Positions 11,764 to 25,329 of a DNA stretch of 64,000 nucleotides are shown in pieces. Location of the stretch: assembly GCA_010093815.1 (NCBI GenBank), contig ML996571.1; one strand, 5' to 3'. The position numbers were made by a program, and so were the translations under genes. The DNA comes from Pseudovirgaria hyperparasitica. Lineage: Eukaryota. The notes under the pieces were generated by a model. It saw only the letters and a program-made list of their open reading frames with translations. It made no database searches and was not told the origin of the DNA. Each line of letters starts with the position of its first letter. Within the stretch, counting starts at the first letter, position 1.

Positions 11764-13001
11764 TTATCCGTGGCCAAAAGTGCGCAAAAAGGCCCACAGA
11801 CCGGCCCCACACAGCACCGGAATGGTCACGTTGTCGTCCCAGCCAAACAGATCGATTGCCTCGCTCACGCTGCCCACGAGACCGGCCCAGATGCTCATGA
11901 CGCCGAGTGCGAGACCGCCTGAGATGGTGACCACCTCCTTGGACACACCGAGCAGCTCCCGGACCTGTCCTGGAAGCACGAGCGCGCCCTGAAATGCGAA
12001 CGCGTAGCGGCCGGTGTCGTACTCGGCGGGCGTGTAGTGCGAGATGACGCCCCAGAAGAGCCCTGCGGTGGCGATACCGGTGATGAAGGCCGCAATGCTA
12101 CCCGCGAGACTCTTTCCGCGGCGGACTTGCGGGGTGTATTTGCCCCATAGGCGGCCGAAGGTTGATGCGGCGGTGTCGCACCAGGAGAGAAGGAGGATGC
12201 TCATGACGCCGATGTCTTTGGGGAGGAGTAGGAGTACGAGGTATGCACCGAGGAGATAGGATATGGTGCCGTTCCAGCCATCGACTTCGGATTCGCGCAT
12301 TAGGGCGCCCAAGCAGCGGATGTAGAAGCGGTTCACCGAGGGGTAGTTGTGGCGGATGACGTCAGTTGCGGCGATGGGGATGAGCAGAGTGAGAAGGACA
12401 GGGTGAATTGAGGTGGGTTGGCGGCCGGTAGTGTAGAGATAGAGGGTTACGAAGCCAATGGAGACGTGGAGGATCTTTCGCGGGATCTCGTGTTTGTGGA
12501 TCTGTAGAATGGTCAGTTTGCACGACTATGGTAAGTCTTGTAGACCGAAGCACATACAAAGGTCCGCCATTTCTGGTGTATAGGAATGAGACCAAGAGGA
12601 CTTGGGCTGCGGCTCATTTGTCTCCAGTATCGCTTGTTTGCACTTTCGGGAGAGAGCAGACCGTTGGTAGTACCATTCGGAACAAGTGGTTCGGACTTTT
12701 TCACCTGATTACCGGCCCTTTTTGACGGCACTGAATTCCTCGCAGTGAGACCACTCATATTTCGCCTATTCCCATCTAACGCAGGACTCCTGCTGCGGGT
12801 TCTGGCCCTCTTCTCTGGGTCGCGGTCTGAGCCCGAACTGTCTTCATCAATAGGCGGAGGAGATTTTATTCTTGAACCGCGCATGGAGCGTGTAACAGGA
12901 CCAAAATATCCATCTTTGCCTCCTGTCTTAGACGGTGTCTCACTCGGGGTGGGAGAGGGTGATATGACGCGTGGCGTCTCTGGTATTCGCACACTTGCCA
13001 T
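11764..13001 (-). CDS. DGK1: CTP-dependent diacylglycerol kinase, 2 exons (13001-12558, 12501-11764)
   Basis: KHEIPRKILHVSIG, LMRESEVDGWNG, LLLSWCDTAASTFGR, GKSLAGS, WDDNVTIPV. Phase-0 intron GTATGT...CTGAC...CAG. Confidence 0.92.
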
Positions 13002-13594
13002 GGCGTGTTTCCAACAAAACTCGAAAGGAGGGAGACTTGGCGAATGCGCAAGACCGGAAATTCTGCTGCACAGCTGCGGCAAGAGGTATTCAAGAGGCGT
13101 GAAGGGACAGCTGGATATCGCGGAGGCGTCCTCTACAGCTGGTGTGATTGCTATTGTAATGGAATGCGCCCGGGCTGAATACCGCGACTGCGTTGCATGA
13201 TCTAGAGGCGTTTCGGATGCCACAGTTGGCACTGGGAGGGAGAAAGGCCCGTAGAGGACCTGTGGGCGACAGGGAGCGTAGGAGAGGTTAAGGTAGTGAG
13301 TTTGTGGGCGAAGACGAACAAGGCACGCGGACAAAGGACAGAAGAGGCATGTTGTCGTCTGTAACTTTCTAGCGACTCGCGGCAAACAGCGGGTCGCACC
13401 CATGTGATCCATCGGGCTTGGCGGCGGTGTTAGCTCCGACATCTAGGAAAAAAAGTTATCAGTTCGTGAACATGAGGCTCATGAGCATTTCGAACATGTG
13501 CAGCAAAGCGATATCAACTAATGATCTTCTACGACTGGCGTAATTCGTCTATCTGTACTCCAATAGCTGTCGCGGCTCAGCCAGACTTCCCAGA

Positions 13595-15505
13595 ATGGTG
13601 CCCAAGCAGACAGAAAAAGGCACATCAAGAGCTTGGGAGGCGTTGACACCAGCACTATCAGAATGGATCCTCGACTATGTATCGAGCAGAGGCTTCAAAC
13701 AGATGACTCCAGTACAGGCTAGCACAATTCCACTGTTCCAGCAAGGGAAAGATGTTGTGGTTCAGGCTGTCACAGGAAGTGGAAAAACGCTAGCGTTTCT
13801 GATACCTTTGGTGCAGCGACTGCTCCGTGTTGACGAGCCCACACGCAAGCATCATGTTGCGGCGATCATAATATCGCCGACCAGAGAGCTTGCGAAGCAG
13901 ATCCACACCGAGCTGATATCACTGCTGAGATTCCACGGACCCTCTGCTGCAGCCTTACGGACTCAGGATGACGACTCTGATGCTGAGATGGATGGGGACG
14001 TACCAGAACCCGCATATCCTGCATCAACGCCAAAGGTCGTTTCTCAATTACTATCTGGTGGCAAGAACACGAAGCCGGCCCAAGATTTGAGTGCATTTCT
14101 CAAGATCTCACCTAATGTCCTTGTTGCCACCCCAGGTCGCCTGCTTGAATTACTTTCATCGCCGTATGTGCACACGCCACAGTCCTCCTTTGAGGTCTTG
14201 ATCATGGACGAAGCAGATCGGTTATTGGATCTTGGCTTCAAGGATGATCTGCAGAAGATCTTGCAGCGGCTCCCCAAGCAGCGCAGGACCGGTCTATTCA
14301 GCGCTAGCGTAGAGAAAGCCGTTGACCAGCTCCTGAACGTTGGTCTCCGCAACACCATTCGTGTCACCGTCAGCGTTCGTGGAGAAACAGGGAAGCTGGA
14401 CAAAAAAACGCCTGCCAGCCTCCAAATGACCTATCTAGAACGTTCACCTTCACAAAAACTTCCCACCGTCATCAAACTTCTCAAGACCCTTAATCCAACA
14501 CCACAGAAAACGATAGTATACCTTTCTGCCTGTGCTGCTGTTGACTATTTTCATCATATGCTTCAAATCCTGCTCCCCAACTTCGCAATTCTTCCGTTAC
14601 ACGGTAAATTGAGTCAGCACATTCGCGAGAAGAATTATGCCAAGTTTGCCGACTCTCTCGCTCCCTCAATCCTTCTTACAACCGACGTCGCCGCACGTGG
14701 TCTTGACATTCACGCCCTCGATCTTGTCATACAATTAGATCCGCCGTCGGATCCAAAAACATTCATACACCGTTGCGGTCGCGCTGGACGTGCTGGACGT
14801 GCTGGGCTTGCCGTGCTGTTTCTCACACCACAAGAATGTATGCCTTACGTCGAGTATCTGGATGTTCAGCGCACACCCATCCGGCCATTGACGCACCCGG
14901 ACGTGTCCGTCACGGCGACCGACGCGGAGGATGTGACGTCGAAGATGCGCAAGGAAGTTTTGACCGATCGCGCGCTGCATGATAAAGCCCAACGAGGCTT
15001 TGTGAGTACAGTGCAAGCGTATAGCAAACATGTTGCAAAGAGCATATTTCGCGTTGGAGACCTTGATTGGACGGAGATGGGTGCAGCCTGGGGACTACTG
15101 CGCTTGCCTCGCATGCCGGAGCTGAAAGGATGGGAAGGTGACAAGACACTCGGCGTGGTCTGTGATTACGATACGTATGAATACAAAGACAAGCAACGAG
15201 AGAAGGCGCGTATCGTCGCTTTGGAAGCATGGAGAAATGGGGATGGCAAAGTTGGAGAGGGCAAGGAAGAGCGAGAGAAGCGGGAAAGGAGAAGGGGAGA
15301 AAGTGTGGCGTGGAGTGAGAAGAAAGGAAGGTTAGATATGCGACAGGAACGACGTGAGAAAAAGCATAAGCGGCGTGAGATGGAACAAATAGCGAAGATG
15401 ACACCAGAGCAGCGAGCAGAGCGCGAGAGACTCGAGAAGATGATTCAAGTTGTGAGGGAGGAAGTGAAAGGGGCTGAGAGCGAATTCGAGGGGTTCAGCG
15501 ACTAA
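13595..15505 (+). CDS. SPB4: DEAD-box rRNA helicase
   Basis: [39 protein letters not shown]-terminal [14 protein letters not shown]...SIFRV and [12 protein letters not shown] are typical of Spb4/DDX55. Confidence 0.92.
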   Translation: MVPKQTEKGTSRAWEALTPALSEWILDYVSSRGFKQMTPVQASTIPLFQQGKDVVVQAVTGSGKTLAFLIPLVQRLLRVDEPTRKHHVAAIIISPTRELAKQIHTELISLLRFHGPSAAALRTQDDDSDAEMDGDVPEPAYPASTPKVVSQLLSGGKNTKPAQDLSAFLKISPNVLVATPGRLLELLSSPYVHTPQSSFEVLIMDEADRLLDLGFKDDLQKILQRLPKQRRTGLFSASVEKAVDQLLNVGLRNTIRVTVSVRGETGKLDKKTPASLQMTYLERSPSQKLPTVIKLLKTLNPTPQKTIVYLSACAAVDYFHHMLQILLPNFAILPLHGKLSQHIREKNYAKFADSLAPSILLTTDVAARGLDIHALDLVIQLDPPSDPKTFIHRCGRAGRAGRAGLAVLFLTPQECMPYVEYLDVQRTPIRPLTHPDVSVTATDAEDVTSKMRKEVLTDRALHDKAQRGFVSTVQAYSKHVAKSIFRVGDLDWTEMGAAWGLLRLPRMPELKGWEGDKTLGVVCDYDTYEYKDKQREKARIVALEAWRNGDGKVGEGKEEREKRERRRGESVAWSEKKGRLDMRQERREKKHKRREMEQIAKMTPEQRAERERLEKMIQVVREEVKGAESEFEGFSD

Positions 15506-15762
15506 AGAGTCATAGCTCTTCAGAATCTAGTTGCTTTCATGCCAAAACAGAAGATAGTATTGCGACGCGGCAACCATTGAGGAATGCCAAATGTCTGACT
15601 TCTAACTGTTTGGCTCACAACTCTCTTACACTTCGACTACTCATACTACACACGAATGATCTCGCCAAGCTTCAAGGCTGGTTCGCTGCCTCACGTTCGG
15701 CACAATGTCAGAAGAGCGAAAAAAAAAATTCAGGGGGTGAGATGGAATTCGGCAAAACAAAA

Positions 15763-15800
15763 CTGCACCCCTGGGTATTGAACCCAGGGCCTATCAAGAT
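15763..15800 (-). pseudogene. tRNA-like 3' half (T-arm/B-box), possible tRNA relic
   Basis: Minus strand ...ggccCTGGG-TTCAATA-CCCAG-gggtgca followed by T-rich tracts resembles a tRNA-Gly 3' half. No convincing D-arm or anticodon arm at the right spacing. Confidence 0.3.
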
Positions 15801-16291
15801 GCTGCAGAAACCGTTCCCCTTAGGATGGTTTTTTTCTTCCGAGTGCGCGTTGGAGGCCCTTAAGCCATCAGTGCCGCTGACTGAAAGCCTCCAACTTTTT
15901 AAAGAATATAAAGCATGAAAAGGCACCACAAACGTGTTTTGGGTGTGGCTTCCTCACTCGCGTGCAAACACGCCGTGCACAACATCTCGTTTGCATTCAC
16001 TTGCTATCACACGGGAGTGAAAATTCTTACTGGCAAAGCGGCCACAATGACGTGTTTGCTTGCACGATATTCAATATTGACATAGTTCACTGCGGCGACC
16101 AGTGTCCGCCCGCACGCGCCTAAGCTCTACCGTCCTCGCATTCACACTCTTCTTCGTGCTTGAGCTGCTCTAACACCCCAATACACACACTTTCGCATCA
16201 TCTCTATTTCAATCACGATTGTTCCATCACGCTCCCAATCTTCACACGACACTCCTTTTCATCTTTGCTCACCATCTCAGACCTGATCATC

Positions 16292-18827
16292 ATGGCTGGG
16301 TCCAAGCTTTGGATGAGCGTTGTCAGCAAGCTGTCAGCGAGGAAGCAGAAGATAGGATCTCAGCCCATCGTTGCCCAACAAACTACCAATGCTGCTCATA
16401 TTGAGTCTGAGCTAAAGCTTGAGGACCATCTCCATGTACGTGCTATATTCCAACCTATATATTGTTAACCATCGGACTGACGTGTTAAAGGACCAACACA
16501 CTGATGACAATCGTAAGAAGATCAGTCACTCTATCAAACGCTTCTGGGCCCGTCATGTCAAGCATGACGCAAACACGAAATTGGTCGATTGTGAAGAAGA
16601 AAGAGTTGAAGAAAGAGAAGAAGGCCTAGTCAACAGTGACAAGTATGGCTCCTTTGTAACCTCCGCACCTCCTGAGGATCTCACCTTCGTCGGAGAGTTG
16701 GCTGTGGAGGTCGTTAGCGAGGATCAGTCCGATATGCAGGATTCTGTCACATCTCCCGTCACTGACAACGTCGTTCGCCAAAACGAAAAGTCCAACGAGA
16801 GTATCGCAATCATGGATTCGATGGTAGTCAGACTGAACCAGGCCACGGACGACGGCGACAGACAAGTACGATTCATGGAATCTGATGACACACTCCGTGA
16901 TCCTGAAGCACCTACTCCCGGTGCAGTCGCAGTTATCTCACCGAGCCTGATCAATCTTCGCGGTATCGATGCACGCACTCCTCGATCTCCAGCATTGAAC
17001 TTTGCTGCGATAGCCAACGATAGCTTTCAAATGTATCTAAGATCTATGAGATCACCCCAACTCATGATTACGAACTGCGAACACGAAGCTGCAGCATCGC
17101 AGGAATGTGGTACGGGTGCTCAGGAGGGCTTAGTGGACTCAGAAAGTCTCCCTCATTGCATCACTGAGCAAGCATCTGAGGATACGCTTCGCGACGCTGG
17201 CTACACTACGTTTCCAACCCCTTACGACCGCTCTGTAACTGATACAGCCTACATCACGAAAGAGCCGAGCACGTCTGTCCTTCCGCCAATGATGTCCCCA
17301 CTCGCCGTGTCAGATCATATCAAACCGGATGAGCGATATGGAGAATCACTTGAACATGACGGTTCACTGCCACTTGAGCATGAACGTTCATTGCAATCGC
17401 TCGCCTCTCTCCATGAGTCAGGAGCTGCTGCTGAGATATATGTGAATGCGTACGATTCAATCATGGCACTAGAAAAGCTCATTAGCGAGATAGACAGGAT
17501 TGTGGGCGACTTCAAGTCACTCAGGGGTCTCAGAAATATCTCTCGAACTCAGACCAGGGTCAAGCACCATGAAAATCACCTTCCAACAATGCCGGGCCAT
17601 CCAACCGGCGCTGGAATCCAACCAGCTGAGCCGTCTCAGAGCGATCTATTGACTGATACATCTGACGCAAGTTCATATGCTCCAATCGACTGTAATCTCG
17701 ACTCTCTCGAAGAAGAAGACTATTGCAATACAGCGGTCGTGCATGAACAGGAATTGACTGCTCTGGAGGAGCTACACAAAGACTCTGTCTTGGTCAAACC
17801 TACATTCAACCTGAGTCAGATCTTGACAAACTGCGACATTGTTCCAAGAGCTAGTGCGACTGTTACAGACGCCACTCAAATCGACACTGTTAAAGAACCT
17901 CAATGCGCTGTACAGTTTCGATCGCAAGAGAAGCAGAGGGTGTCACCAAGTCTCTCCTGTGACTGTGGAGACGAGAATGAGGATAACAAGGGCAAGCATA
18001 CTGTCCTTATCGAGCACAGCCCAGCAACTGCATCTTTCTCTGACTCTGCGACAAACAAGGGCAACCTTTCCGATCGTGGTGCAAGCCACAATGCACATGG
18101 CGGCATCTTTCCAATGAATCAAGACCAGGACCAATCGCTGTCCTATCCAGACGTTGGTTTCTCAAAGTTGCCGCTACTATGCGACCTTAAATCAAAGCAT
18201 GAAATCACGAACAACCAAGAAACGAGCCCTCGCATTGACTTGTCTGAACAGACTCCCAATCTCCCACAAAAAGCCACAACCACAAAACCACATTGTCGAT
18301 CCCGGTTCTTCAACCAAGGCCAGCTAATTCAAAGGGGGCCCACGGGCATAACCCACCCTCCCATCAGAGCCATACCGACCAATAGACAACCTCCACTCCA
18401 ATTCCCCATCCCCCGCCGCCTCAGCCGCGAACACACGCCAATCCTCCTCGCCAAACTCGAAGCCGCAGCCCGGACCTACTCCACGCTCTCCACCACCCCA
18501 GCACCACAATACGCCCTCGTCACCCCGGCAGTCTCCCTCGCTCAGCAGGCGTACAACCTCGAGCCCCTTCTCCAGCACCAAGACGTCCCACCGGCGCACC
18601 GCGTCCGCGGCCATCGTGGCAGGGGTGTCCTCAGCGCGATTGTACACGCGGCTGCAGGTGCCGTTGTCCGTGGCCGGTCGCCGGTGGGTGAGGTGTGCGG
18701 CCTCATGTCGCTGCGAGAAGGGGTGGCGGAGGTGACTCCTATGGAGGTGTGGCTGGAGGGTGCGTTGGAGAGCGTGGGGCTAGTGAGGGGGTTTGTGGGC
18801 TTGAGTCCTGAGATGGCTGTTGTGTGA
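16292..18827 (+). CDS. Hypothetical acidic, low-complexity protein, 2 exons (16292-16435, 16491-18827), ~826 aa
   Basis: Intron GTACGT...CTGAC...AAG joins ATG 16292 in frame to the long ORF. No recognisable domain. Confidence 0.7.
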
Positions 18828-19202
18828 GGTGGCTAGGAGGGGATGGGAGGGTTAGGGGCGGGTGGGTAGGATGGAAATGGGAAGGGAGGGGGGATGGTGG
18901 GAGAGGTGAACAGGGCATACGAAATGTATTTTGCGTAGGAGAGGGAGCAGGGGAGGATTGTATAAGTATTACAGTAGCATATTCGGGCCAGTCTGGTGTA
19001 GCGTAAGAATGGAATGAATATGCTTGAAGTACGAATTTTGAAAGACAAACCAAGGCACAGTAGATCATCATGTCCGTGATAAGTCTAGAATCATATAGAG
19101 ACTAGACGTGATGTACAGTCTACTAGGTGGAAGCTATAAGAAATAATATTATCATGTAGGTATTACCTAGATTCTAAGTAGCAAGAGTAGAGTTATACTG
19201 TT

Positions 19203-19800
19203 AGAGAGAAGAGATGAAAGTAGTTTCTTATCTTAATATAATTCTATTATAGAAGAGATATTAGACTAGATAGAGAATCTACCAGACTAGAGAGTATACA
19301 AATACTACTACTATGTATCTATTAAGTGATTCTATAAAAGTATAAAAATAATATTTTGATAGAGAGAAGAGACGATAGTAGTTCCTCTATTTAATAGAAG
19401 ACTATTATAACATAGAGATTAGAGTATAAGAGAAGTATAAATGTTTAAAGAAGTAAGTAATATCATTCCTAATTAGATATTAAGTGTTTTTTTAGTAGTA
19501 ATAGTATAGTAATCCTACTAGAGAGAAGAGACTATAGTAGTTTCTCTAATGAGTAGAAGGCTATTATAGTATAGAGATTAGGAGACTAGAGAAATTTAGT
19601 TATGTAGAGAAGTAAGACATTATATACTTTTCTATATATCTAGTGGATCTTGAAGTATGATTCATAGTATCTCTAATAAAGAGAAGAGACTATATTAGCT
19701 TCTTGGTTTCATAGACGTCTATTTTGCTATAGAGATAGGAAAATAAGAGAGTTTTATCTAGATAGAGAAGTAGAAGATTCTGTAGGAATCAAAGATATCT
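19203..19800. repeat. ~4 degenerate tandem units of ~159 bp, RIP-like AT-rich island
   Basis: Motif agagaagaga..tagt(a/t)..tct recurs at ~19203, 19361, 19520 and 19679. Confidence 0.75.
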
Positions 19801-21400
19801 ATTTAACAGCATCAACTCCGGCTCTTTTGTTCATTCATTTATGATATCGAACACTTGGGGAAGACTCTCTAGCAAGCCGATGAGCGGATGGATATCATCC
19901 ATTATCATATACTTCTTATCGATGTGAACGGTCTCTTCTTGCCCGACGGTTCTGTCGTATATCTGCAGCTTGCGGCTCCACGACTGGGGTACCATTTCGA
20001 AAATTGCTCATACCTTCTCTCGACTTCATTGGAATATTTGAGGATTCCAATCCGTGAGCCGTCTCTATGATCGATGAAAGGCGGAATCTTGACTCTAAAC
20101 AACGCTGAATCTGGTATTTGTAGGGCTGCGCTCGAATTCGCAGCGCTGCTGAGTCGCAATTTGTACTTGTCCACGCCCAGCCCGGCACTGCGACATGGAA
20201 CTGTCTGTCTTGCATGTTTGCTGGGCCCCTTATCTGTGCCCGCCCGCAGTCAGGTGTGTGCCTAGCGAATTGAACGGCGATTAATATCATGCGACATTGT
20301 CTGACAGACCCTGTTATGTATTGGATGACGGAAAAACTTAATTTGCGATAAGGCGTATATATTAATGTGTTCCAGCCAGCAAGTACATTTATCAAACTAT
20401 TTCATAGCTAATGGCTCACACTCTGATTTCATAAGAAGTAAAGTAGATAGAGGAATACGACATATGAGTGTTACAGAAGCCGAATAAGTATCAAAGATAG
20501 CCTTGTATACAAGGAAGGAGTTATGCTTAAAAACCCTGGTCAGAGCAGGCAAGAATGTGTCCTTGATCTGAAGAGAGCGCCCGAATACTCATTCAGTAAG
20601 GGGTCGCTCACGACCATAGCGCATTTGCGTATATCAGTTCTTCTCGGACCATGGCGTCTGCTTCAAGGGATTGCAGTGGCACATGAATCGATCGAACTCT
20701 AGGCAAGCGAATTCCATACCGACAAGTTAAACTGCCATCGAGATACGATGTGTAGGAATTTTGCACATGCATCTTTTGACCTGTCAAACTCACCAAACCA
20801 TAAAAGATCTCTGAGAAGACATGCTTAACTGTGTGAAATGCTCGATCTCGATGACCATGACCATGAGGAGGTAGTCGTTAGACGGTTAATTCGCATCCAT
20901 CATGCTCTGAGTAACTGGATGCTGAGTTCCCGACTGGTAATCAGCGCAGAAATTCCCTGACAGACGAAGTTGAAAGTGATGCGTTGTTCAATTTCGCGTG
21001 ATCTTCCTTACTTCCTCAGGATGCAGGTCAACTTCAAGGACTTGAGAATACCTCTGAATTCTCGCCGTACTTTCGGATGAAGTGATCTATACCACTTTTT
21101 GCTTGAACTGGAGAAGTCTAGCAATTTCATGGAAGCTGTACCTTGTGGCCATGCATCTATGATCGGGTCAAGCGGGCCTCCTTTGACGACAGTGATCGTT
21201 GCAAGCACGAAGAATTTCTGAACCTGAATACCCTGGTCCAGTAGCCAAGGGTCATGACCGTCGGACGACTCAGATGTACGGGGACACGGATGAACCCCGA
21301 TCTGATTGACGATAGGACGCGTCCCTGCAATTTCTAGAGGTGGTCTTCAGGTGATTACGCAAGAAGCTGGAGACACCAATGACTTTTGCTTTTCCAGATC
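19800..21400 (-). pseudogene. Probable degenerate gene of unknown family
   Basis: Several protein-like minus-strand fragments (19905-20174, 20608-20796, 21008-21208) broken by stops and frameshifts. Boundaries are approximate. Confidence 0.35.
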
Positions 21401-22522
21401 ATCGAAACGCCCTCTATTGCTCAATATACGGCTCGGAGGTCCTTATCATTTCTAGCGAAGTAAGGACTGTGGATAAAATACCTGACTTGAGCATTAGGAA
21501 AGGTTTATGTTAGAAATGCTTTCGTTATGAACCCACATATCGGAATTTGAAGGCCAACAGGTTTAGACTCATACTGATAGCTCGAGTTATATCGTCGAGT
21601 GTCTCGAGGACTGTGATTGTGACACACAGCTCCTCTCGTTTCACGCCAGCCTCATTCATGACCTATTCATACCCCTTGCATCGCTTAATCACCCCTTGCT
21701 TTGTCGCATTATGATTGATATTGTAGTAAGCTCTATATATCACAAAGACTCTTCATCGCACTGTCGAGGTCAACATCTCTGGCTAGCTGCTGCGACGAAG
21801 AGGTCATTCAGACCCCAGCAGACAACGACGACTGTCGATACTCGGGTATTACAACGTGTAGACTTCGTTCTGTCAGCGTACAACCGACCCACACCAGCTT
21901 ACACTCTAGGAGCCACGGTGAGTGAGTAGTGGTAAATTCGAGGAATGGAGGTAGAGGGTAGACGGGTACTTTTACCGTATGCATCCAAGCGTTTGTGGTG
22001 GATATAGGCGAGTTTGTCGTAATAGCGGTCATCGTTTATCTCTAACCCAACAGTGACGGCGTCCGCAACCTCCGGCAGCAACCTGGCAGCGTGTAGGGTA
22101 GTGCACATCATTGCATGAGTGCGAGGTGGTGTTGGGGTTGAATATTGGATGATATATTATATTGAACAGTTCAAAGATCGGCGCGCCGAAGCCCGACCCG
22201 CCGATGGATTGCCGCGTGGGGTTCGCAACGCTAGCCGAGCACTAGAGACTGGCCCGTGCCGCTCGCTGTGATTGGGCGACTGGTGGCATTCTCGGGCCCG
22301 ATATTCCTTCTCGCATGCGAACGATGTGATGCCTTGCGAGCCTCATGCGACGTTGAATCTCCGTCGGACATTTTATGACTCCCGAGCATGGACTCTAACT
22401 CTCCAGTGTATTATAAGATGCTGGCTGCCTGCCCTCAATCCATCTCATCATGCTTGCCATCTGACTACCTTTCTGGACAACCATACAGTTCGCCAATCCA
22501 CTGATACTGTCTGCTTTTGAAG

Positions 22523-24340
22523 ATGGCGTTGGACAATAAACAAACAGGTTCCCCTACCATGCAGGACCAATCGTCCAGAGAAGCTTCCCCAGAACGACAC
22601 TCCATAGAGAAGCCCCAGTCGATTCACGAGAACTACGGGGTACAGCGAGCGTCTTCAGACATCGACGAGAAGAAATTAGCGCCCGTCCAGTCTGCTCAAC
22701 CAGTATACCCAGGATGGAAGACACTGCTGCCAATTATAGTCTCAATTTACATGACTTTCTTTCTCATCGCTTTAGACAAGACGATCATTGGTGTTGCTAT
22801 ACCCAAAATCACAGATCAATTCGATAGTTTGAACGACATCGGTTGGTATGGCAGCTCGTACCTATTGACCAGTCAGTTGATGCTCCTACGTTGCCCTTTC
22901 ATTGCTGATAATTGAGCAGCGGCTGCCACTCAACTGGTCTTCGGCAAGATCTACCAGTTCTACTCTCCCAAAACCGTATATCTCATCTGTATCGTCGTCT
23001 TCGAGCTTGGCTCGGCAATTTCTGGAGCCGCACCGAATTCAGGAGCTCTCATCGCCGGTAAAAGCTCTCTATCAAATATGCTGCTCTCACGCTGACAATG
23101 TACCAAAGGTCGAGCAATTTCAGGCCTGGGAGCCTCAGGCATGCAGAACGGGTCTGTTATCATTTTCATGCACATCGTACCGCTCCACCGTCAACCCATC
23201 TTCCAGGGCCTCATGGGCATGGTCTTCGGAATCTCGAGTGTCCTGGGCCCTCTCCTCGGTGGCGTCTTCACAGACCATTTGTCATGGCGATGGTGCTTCT
23301 ACATTAACCTTCCCATTGGTGGCGTTGCATTCGTCGTCATCTTCTTCATTATGAAGCTTGACATTCAACGCCCGGCAAAGCTCACCATTCCGCAGCAACT
23401 CCTCAAGCTCGACCCCATTGGCAACGCATTCTTCGTTCCCGGTATCGTCTGTCTCCTCCTCGCCCTACAATGGGGCGGTGGCTCATACCCGTGGTCCAAC
23501 CCACGCATCATCGCTTTACTTGTCCTTGCCCCGATCCTCCTCATCACTTTTATCGTCTCCCAATGCATCCTCGGCGAACGTGCCATGGTACCTCTACGCA
23601 TCGTTCGCCAACGTTCAATTGCCGCATCCACTCTCTTCGCATTCTGTGTTGGCGGTCTTATGATTGTCGTCATATACTACCTACCTCTCTGGTTCCAAGC
23701 CATTAAGGGCGCATCTGCTCAGAAGTCCGGCTTCATGCAAATCCCCACCATACTCTCCATGGTCGTGGCATCTGTTCTCGGTGGCGTCGCAATCAAGAAT
23801 ATCGGCTACTATGCGCCATTCATGATTGCAACATCCGTGCTTACAGCCATCGGTGCTGGGCTATTGTCAACGCTCAATCCCGCTTCGGGGCATCCGCAGT
23901 GGATCGGATACCAATTCATCTTCGGTTTTGGACTTGGCCTCGGTATGCAGCAGAGCGCGACCGCAGTGCGAGCCAGTCTATCCAAGAAGGATGTCAGTAT
24001 TGGCGTGGCGTGTGTATTCTTCTGCATGACGCTGGGACAAGCACTCTTCCTCGCAGTTGCACAGAGTATCTTCCAGTCTCAATTCAGATCAAAATTGAGT
24101 GCCATGACTGGTTTTGATGTCGCAGCAGTTATCGGCAGTGGAGCAACAGAATTCCGACAAATCGTGCCAGTGCAGAAATTGCCGGCAGTGCTTGAAGCGT
24201 ATAGCGAAAGTGTGACGAACACTTTTTATATTCCAGTAGCGGTGGCGTGTTTGAGTATTGTTGGGAGTGGGTGTGTGGAATGGAAGAATATCAAGCTAGC
24301 AGAGAAGCCGAAGGAGGCTAAGGGAATGGCGGAGGCTTGA
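22523..24340 (+). CDS. MFS drug/toxin efflux pump, DHA2 (14-TMS) family; exons 22523-22871, 22920-23057, 23109-24340
   Basis: [84 protein letters not shown]. Two canonical introns restore the frame. Confidence 0.92.
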
Positions 24341-25329
24341 TATGAACTAAAGGCTGCATTGTAGGCGTTGGCTGTAGCATATACTGACTCCACTCATTTG
24401 AGTAATATGCTGATATGCATTAATACATGATTGATGACCATTAACTGCTTTCGTTTTTTATTTGTCTCCGGCCTGAATTCATACCAAAGCATCCCCTGAA
24501 GACAAGTATTCCGCGTCAGGTCATGGAACTACTACGTGGTGTGCCACGCGGAGGGTTGCAAACATCCGGATGTCCGGGTCGAGGTTGCAGCTGCCACCTT
24601 ACCAGTTCCCTGGTTCAAGCATGATTCAGTAATTAGCTGCAACCTCATCTGTTTCTAGACAATAAATTGTGGGGGCATCCGCGAATATAAAACCTGGCGC
24701 GCTACCCCTTTCGCCACCTTATCCTAACAACCTCTTCCTATTTTAACTTCTGACCTCTTCTACCATAAGGCGATATGTACTCGTTAACAAAGAGCACACG
24801 CATCCTGCATTGATGTTTGGACACAACGAGATATCCTTCGTCCGCTTGAAGATGATACCACGTCGCTTCTTACAGCAGCTATGCGTTGACGTCGATTCCG
24901 ATGCGGTGAAGCAGAGGCTTACGAACTAATCATGATTGATCTACAGGCGTCAATGCAGAAGGCGTCATTGTACACTAAGAGCAGGGAGTTCATGGCGTCA
25001 GCAAGATGCAATCGAAAAGGCTGTTCTCAAATAGCAACATGAATATCCGAAGAAACCAAACACGAAAGATAACCTCTTGGGAACCAATTGTTGTGTTTAT
25101 AGCGTCCAGTGTCGGAACTTATTGCTTGTCAGCTACACTATGTCTTGATCCATCGGGGGGGGGGGGGGGGCATATCAATCATTCCCGCTCTTTTAACTTC
25201 CATATCATTCCTCAATTTCGCCTAGGTCCTCCAGATGAGCTCCAATGGCAATAAAGTCTGTTTCATCGGACAATTGCCAACCTTCATGGCCGTTCCAAGG
25301 CGCCTGAGGCGACAATGGAGATCGCTCCT

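Noticed and set aside
13002..13442. N-terminal extension of DGK1 in the ORF track
   Set aside because: Sequence is promoter/UTR-like. The DGK1-like N-terminus begins at MASVRIPETPRVISPSP (13001).
15849..15895. Hammerhead ribozyme
   Set aside because: The CUGANGA/GAAA core and three-stem topology are not properly present on either strand.
19203..19800. Possible CRISPR-like array
   Set aside because: Eukaryotic context, degenerate 159-bp units, no identical repeats with unique spacers, no cas genes.
25155..25170. G16 homopolymer (also the single GGGTTAGGG at ~18849)
   Set aside because: Simple sequence. No telomeric array or other supporting structure.
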